Assembly (NCBI GenBank): GCA_001643675.2
Contig: LSRY02000033.1
Location: 186,001-250,000, forward strand
Length of the DNA: 64,000 nucleotides
From: Monocercomonoides exilis PA203
Lineage: Eukaryota; Protista; Preaxostyla
Direction: 5' to 3'
Notes under the pieces: model-generated
The model's input: the letters and a program-made list of their open reading frames with translations, nothing else
Told to the model about the DNA's origin: nothing
Databases searched by the model: none
Shown here: positions 61,701 through 64,000 of the stretch, piece by piece
Position numbering within the stretch: the first letter of the stretch is position 1
Layout of the letters: each line of letters begins with the position of its first letter
Translations under genes and position numbers: made by a program

Positions 61701-62510
61701 GGTGACCGTGCATCCTTCGATTTTGCTCTCTTGAAAAGAATGCCTTTGTGGCAAGTTTTTGTTGCTGCTCTGAACAGACACATTGTGGAAGCTGCAAAAA
61801 GAAGCCGAAGCAAATGACAAATTCAGATCACCAATGAACGGATTCGCAAGCGAGACGCAAAACGAAGAAAATGTACAGCTCAAAACATAAACATTTCCTG
61901 TCAAAGGAAGTGAGCAGGGGCTTGCTGAGACAAGAGATGGCCACGCCTGCTTTGGAAAATACCTTTGTAAAGAAATATTAGTCATTCTTATCGTTCCTCC
62001 TGCACAGTCAAAAGGAGATAATTCCGTCTCTGCAACCACACTTATTATGCAATCGCTAACAGATAATCTGGACAATTCATTTCTCACAGAAAAAGAAGAT
62101 GTGTTTTTTTGGACAATTTTCATTCGCTCAACAGCCAACGATGAGTTCAGAACTATTATCCTGCTTCTAATCCAGCTCCATATATCCTTATCATCTTCGG
62201 CAAGTCCAGCAGGAAATTTATAACAAAATACCCTATCAACATCCACCGACAATCGTTTTGAGCTTTTTTCTGTATTTAGCGACCAATCAAATGAATCCAA
62301 ATTATGCACCACATTAGACTTCACCACACTGATTGCATTCACTCTGTGCGGAAAGTATGCATTTTTGCTTTTCTCGTGAGTTTCTCCTAACCTTCCAAAA
62401 TTATTATCTTGAAAATCTACTTTTTTGAATGCATATCCTTTCCAAACGGTATCTCTTGTGCATAGCAGAGCGTGAATAATTATAAAGACGCTAAAACTCC
62501 CGAAAAGCAT
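54276..62510 (-). CDS. Giant single-pass surface receptor paralog: beta-helix ectodomain with 4 Cys-capped modules, TM helix and pseudokinase, ~2744 aa
   Basis: Intronless ORF; ATG 62510 gives a signal-like MLFGSFSVFIIIHALLC. GGAI/GGGIF repeats and 4 CG....(P/E)C caps are present. The C-terminal ~480 aa is almost identical to that of the 34603-46512 gene. Confidence 0.85.
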   Translation of the reverse strand: MLFGSFSVFIIIHALLCTRDTVWKGYAFKKVDFQDNNFGRLGETHEKSKNAYFPHRVNAISVVKSNVVHNLDSFDWSLNTEKSSKRLSVDVDRVFCYKFPAGLAEDDKDIWSWIRSRIIVLNSSLAVERMKIVQKNTSSFSVRNELSRLSVSDCIISVVAETELSPFDCAGGTIRMTNISLQRYFPKQAWPSLVSASPCSLPLTGNVYVLSCTFSSFCVSLANPFIGDLNLSFASASFCSFHNVSVQSSNKNLPQRHSFQESKIEGCTVTDCVCPYYGVLISGSRGCGFSSSNTSFIRSKNTISHQIYTNKTQSFSDGEIKFEDCKFTECSAVHGGAITVSGSAKLTVDKCTFTKCTDTFPNTYGYGGAILSNGSDCSIENSIFNNCRGTEKESIGGAFAHIANKFSLIFGCSFENCSAAYGGSVAWHLGGSGSIYDSVFENSKALIWFAGTVFLQYQKFDFVMSNCYLFKGDAPHGAGGFDATHNTELKNLQTQFCLFESNTVQKSTHAKDIFLGFCYNESTITEHIICCLSYSMAPQKVVLCAKYALECGDDGVAYDSYLLSPQSEIHISHSGSDVNTCGGTGSECQTVEYGVTRWNSYLGQNVFMTSEEFEEDMIEIDWRNIVLSGAENNSSAIKCHEASSNDCLISIGNGSLNAKMVRFVCVFNRSAIAIGSSGLLELELCSFAKSSQSTLPSTKSLIQVEEGSLTMKFVNVSGFGFSQGCAIALSDCKSVSLSNASFLNVESEQNGGCLNAVWSEGFEDSCDSSINKCTFEHCIVSGDGNGGGALFISLPNTCSTTISRCYFEECEAPFDSQEGFGGGIFLNLENSDSAFAITDPSFSSEKPNKAKHGNDLFVQSPDLKESITNETLPFAYALGHSCFDDLRGFNGNDHEHSIPLVLFLEEVGSTVHVGSEDGADTVVCGFSDYPCQSVDYCMERLAEENAKAIAIVKSAIIESELNHPDLILRSSNTSKAEMTCAKSLNALTGKVMAATGNASIELIRFLLPSSFDAEIETLIFLTSESNLSLTKCAFEMQQGEVSQIGYRLFHMCGGIINMDYCLLNSANLQHTPIAVSENTASTPTTIISLNVKNTDIGDQPLIGVIPSSTSKLLNEGTTSDKAVCLTQCTFSGITNGDANSAVLISSSISSQVECLHWNITNAKGAESMEGGAMKVVVEAQGQFTMENATFTKCCAENETGGKGGGVYFDCSASNAFSFQQIVFDQCSAKSGKNMFFLSSDLNVSITKQSLAFEVSETAGNKNLFVGNDTTKTNFDLCRFLIGFASQEIYLSKNSGWDVLRCGSAEEPCSTMEYGQKHFRALEDPAQSSMNTFLIVDEAQVNSEVDISNVTVTSVDAKSRPSLTFGAAISPQAGKEEESDSVLTNTGTCTLINIEICCWDGSEWKQTKLISTTGSSFAAQGCSFTSASEAAIPYCVVACLFGTCELSFCSFQSIKAERHILMVSHGSSIDLTNVSMNNMELMGKSIVAVLAQAEWKGESQRLNEGGSTTVQLKCCTLHSLLQNAPSEPSIISCTGSEPCSVSVQNTLIKNCGSSQSEKGGGMIMKLNEGGFFECRFSAVSECFCSETGRGGAIFLDCSLITSEGLLPFLLENTTFMNNKAFKGRDLYVRCTNIKSQINIELFQLDFRPPFVREFAMWGCTAQDHTDEQDLLLLVVVYRSETIFASSSSNNSSDSRQCGGISEPCISLNVALPHIIPSAYSNLLTDKSAEVTGEARARDVTIKSLEQESDKGVLHLNCSVESNTDSLVTCSSNVKMEFLTFLFGSAFSSSHSSLLSLTDGNLSISGTAFTQEDSTGNSETKLNCSIILVENGRLSINWCTFASLCLVSSCVAARGGQYCLLMELNISDMSCGELFDFRNFTNLSMQQLLVSSCMFDRSALILLNCKDSQLQKVQIKNAESKTSLIVLSSDGSGGQLNIQCSHLKFDDTHVLKESLISVECEEANVEMNSLAISNAMLMEGCAVSVKSNDSEFRLKQSSFQNITRNSFGPCCLAASSSSLPSSLLVELENYTNQKCISSSEKGRIAALTNLSDVCLSSCVFDGAASTHELRDNEESFEELCQWNGSMIDLQNCSGLMKDSTLANSENGGLSLSGGSVKIYDGKFENNNPSIANYESIRRNILCGDSAKLKVTSLKGGDGAKDNTSLWILEEGCTLEGIAKERASALFIPRMESVSSEKSGEKVNLVFRGSILLPCNLSFKTVIAVGDEEVVEKNLFDESGFISEEEVHGSVPVNTFEGVPSEAEVRVCILFGNADSPSATDSFILKNRSETDPKGEGNLVEGGKEGKSIWPIIVIILAVLFLIILVVAVVLAVRWKKAKNEAEDLREIVNDNIRKDPKAFEMVTMEMSPEEQWRRAEREAEKKNDERIKKRVYDKTLGHSESSEHLLSESGSTEYILGRDSDKIPDWALEKADEKEEEIRERTPSPSISSTSTTDSDSTFVRSECLCPTTSSMSNLVDAMACSSPHEKLIVDLRDSLFMLLHGRNKTKEMAIGTLQEREQTAAQILFWVANLALHSFENEEDELSSLANLSPHIVLFSEHMVICIVMHSDLLSDDSSSSISSSTVVTSASDDDDDSLPSSAFEDDEDNRKECLRWKAPELLINKKMDATKESVAFSIGMMLWECLTLQIPFGEYEAEVAGQKIVNGERPSVEIIGESSLKGCVMSSFATCPSARPTLIDAKRVFIVRFPADAVVLTMSDAVDIEQLSDRADASGRSIESDNSSTLIS

Positions 62511-64000
62511 GGGTTCTGCTCTCTCTTTGCCACACAAAACAATATTGATTCTTGAATTAAAATGTATTATGAGTATTGATCAAATTTTTCAGCTATGGGA
62601 AATCCGTTCTTTTTGAAATAGAGAAGAGTGAGCTTTGAAACACAAAACAATGTGCATCTTTTGTTAAGGTTTTCTTTAATAGATTTAAAAAAAAACACTT
62701 TCAACAATTGAAAATAACAATTTTTCTGAAGTCTTGAAAAACAGAAATTTTTTCTTCGATTGTGCTTTTGCAGAAATATTCAATGATTTTTTTATCAATC
62801 CTATTTTGAAATACAACATTTTTTTCCGATTACTTTTATATTTAGTATTTCACAAGTTAAAAAGAATATTACCAAAAAATTAACCAAAACAAACGAGATA
62901 GAGAATTTCTTAAGATTTATAAAAGTACTTTGAAAAAGATTTATTGAAATCATCTGTAATATCTGTCATTTTCCCTTTTGAAAGTGACCTTCAGTTACGG
63001 TCAACGATAAAACGTGACAAAAAAAATTCTCCAACTGAAATTTCAAGTATATAATAATTAAATAAAAGGGAGCTTTTTCGTCAAATTTGTTTATTTGTCA
63101 ATTATTAAACTTCTTACGTTGTAACATGCTGATTAATTGATAATAATTTTATATTATCAATAATTGCGGAAACGTATAGAATCACAATTTTACACCATTC
63201 ACCATAATCTAGCCTGTTGTTTTGTCATTGTTTCTTTTTTCAATTGCCGTGTCACAGAGGTCTAACTTGAATGTTTGAAAATTGAGCAAATATGGGTGAT
63301 TTTTTTTGATATCATAAAAAATTCCGACGTTTGATCAAAAACTAATTTAATTAATGGTTCTGTTGATTGGATAAATGAAAGCGATGATCATTCAAATATA
63401 TAGCTTTAAATATTATTATTATTAATTGCTTGTAGATTTTAATTTGAAACAAACAGTTTTTATTTCATATTTTAAGAAATTGATATAATTTCTTCAAAAT
63501 TTTATCGATAATTTGATAAACAAAACAAAACTGAAGCTTTCTGAATTAATAAACATGATAACAATAATTGAGATAACGATATAAATCAATATCTTAAGAA
63601 AAGAACAGTGATATAATATTATTGAAAAAAATAGAATAAGATGAGTCGAAATCGATAAAAATAAAATGAAAATGTTCAATTTTCAGCGTTTCATCATCTT
63701 ATTCATCATTTATCTTTTCCAGAAGTCATTTCTCCAACATATCCTTCAATTTCTTGATCTTCTTAAATTGTTAAAATTTGTGTTTTGTGTGTTGCATTAA
63801 TCTTTCTCGATTTTAAATAGATTGTTTTTTGTCTGAAAATATCATCTCCAATTCCCTTCCCAATCCCTTCACCCTGGGCACTTTCCACATGAATTCGCTC
63901 TCCCAACTCTATGGTCAGTCTGTACAACGAGATATAAAGCTTTCATTCATTTTCATTCATTTCCACCTCCTGCCATGAAAACCACAAAAAACATCAACAG

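Noticed and set aside
63690-64000. Purine-rich minus-strand stretch resembling a gene end or retroelement remnant
   Set aside because: Truncated by the window edge, interrupted by stops, and without a diagnostic motif.
1-64000. Alternative genetic code (TAA/TAG = Gln) as in some oxymonads; rRNA or tRNA genes; an autonomous transposase
   Set aside because: Multi-kb ORFs contain no in-frame TAR and several end at TAA/TAG, so the standard code fits. I saw no RNA gene or transposase ORF, though small RNAs cannot be excluded without a covariance-model search.

Overview
This is eukaryotic, AT-rich, intron-containing genomic DNA read in the standard code; long ORFs end at TAA, TAG or TGA. The gene style (poly-Ser expansions, GTDTG splice donors, giant beta-helix receptor pseudokinases) points to an anaerobic metamonad protist, most likely the oxymonad Monocercomonoides. 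That assignment is an inference and was not checked by a search. Genes: an 8-exon ~3200-aa EF-hand/WD40 protein, a PHO80-like cyclin, a lineage-specific helical-repeat gene with a decayed copy, a frameshifted acidic/coiled-coil gene, a 6-exon F-box plus multipass membrane protein, CLASP, a nucleoside hydrolase, and two giant single-pass surface receptors (~3970 and ~2740 aa). The two receptors have divergent modular ectodomains but share a nearly identical ~2-kb block covering the transmembrane helix, pseudokinase and 3' flank. The intergenic DNA holds three ~950-980-bp foldback elements with 335-361-bp essentially perfect inverted arms. The elements look largely unrelated to one another but share GG(G)T[CG]A termini and a motif ~180-190 bp inside each arm, and they lack a consistent target-site duplication. 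One lies ~1.5 kb downstream of each receptor gene. Several Tc1/pogo-like MITEs and decayed inverted repeats are also present.
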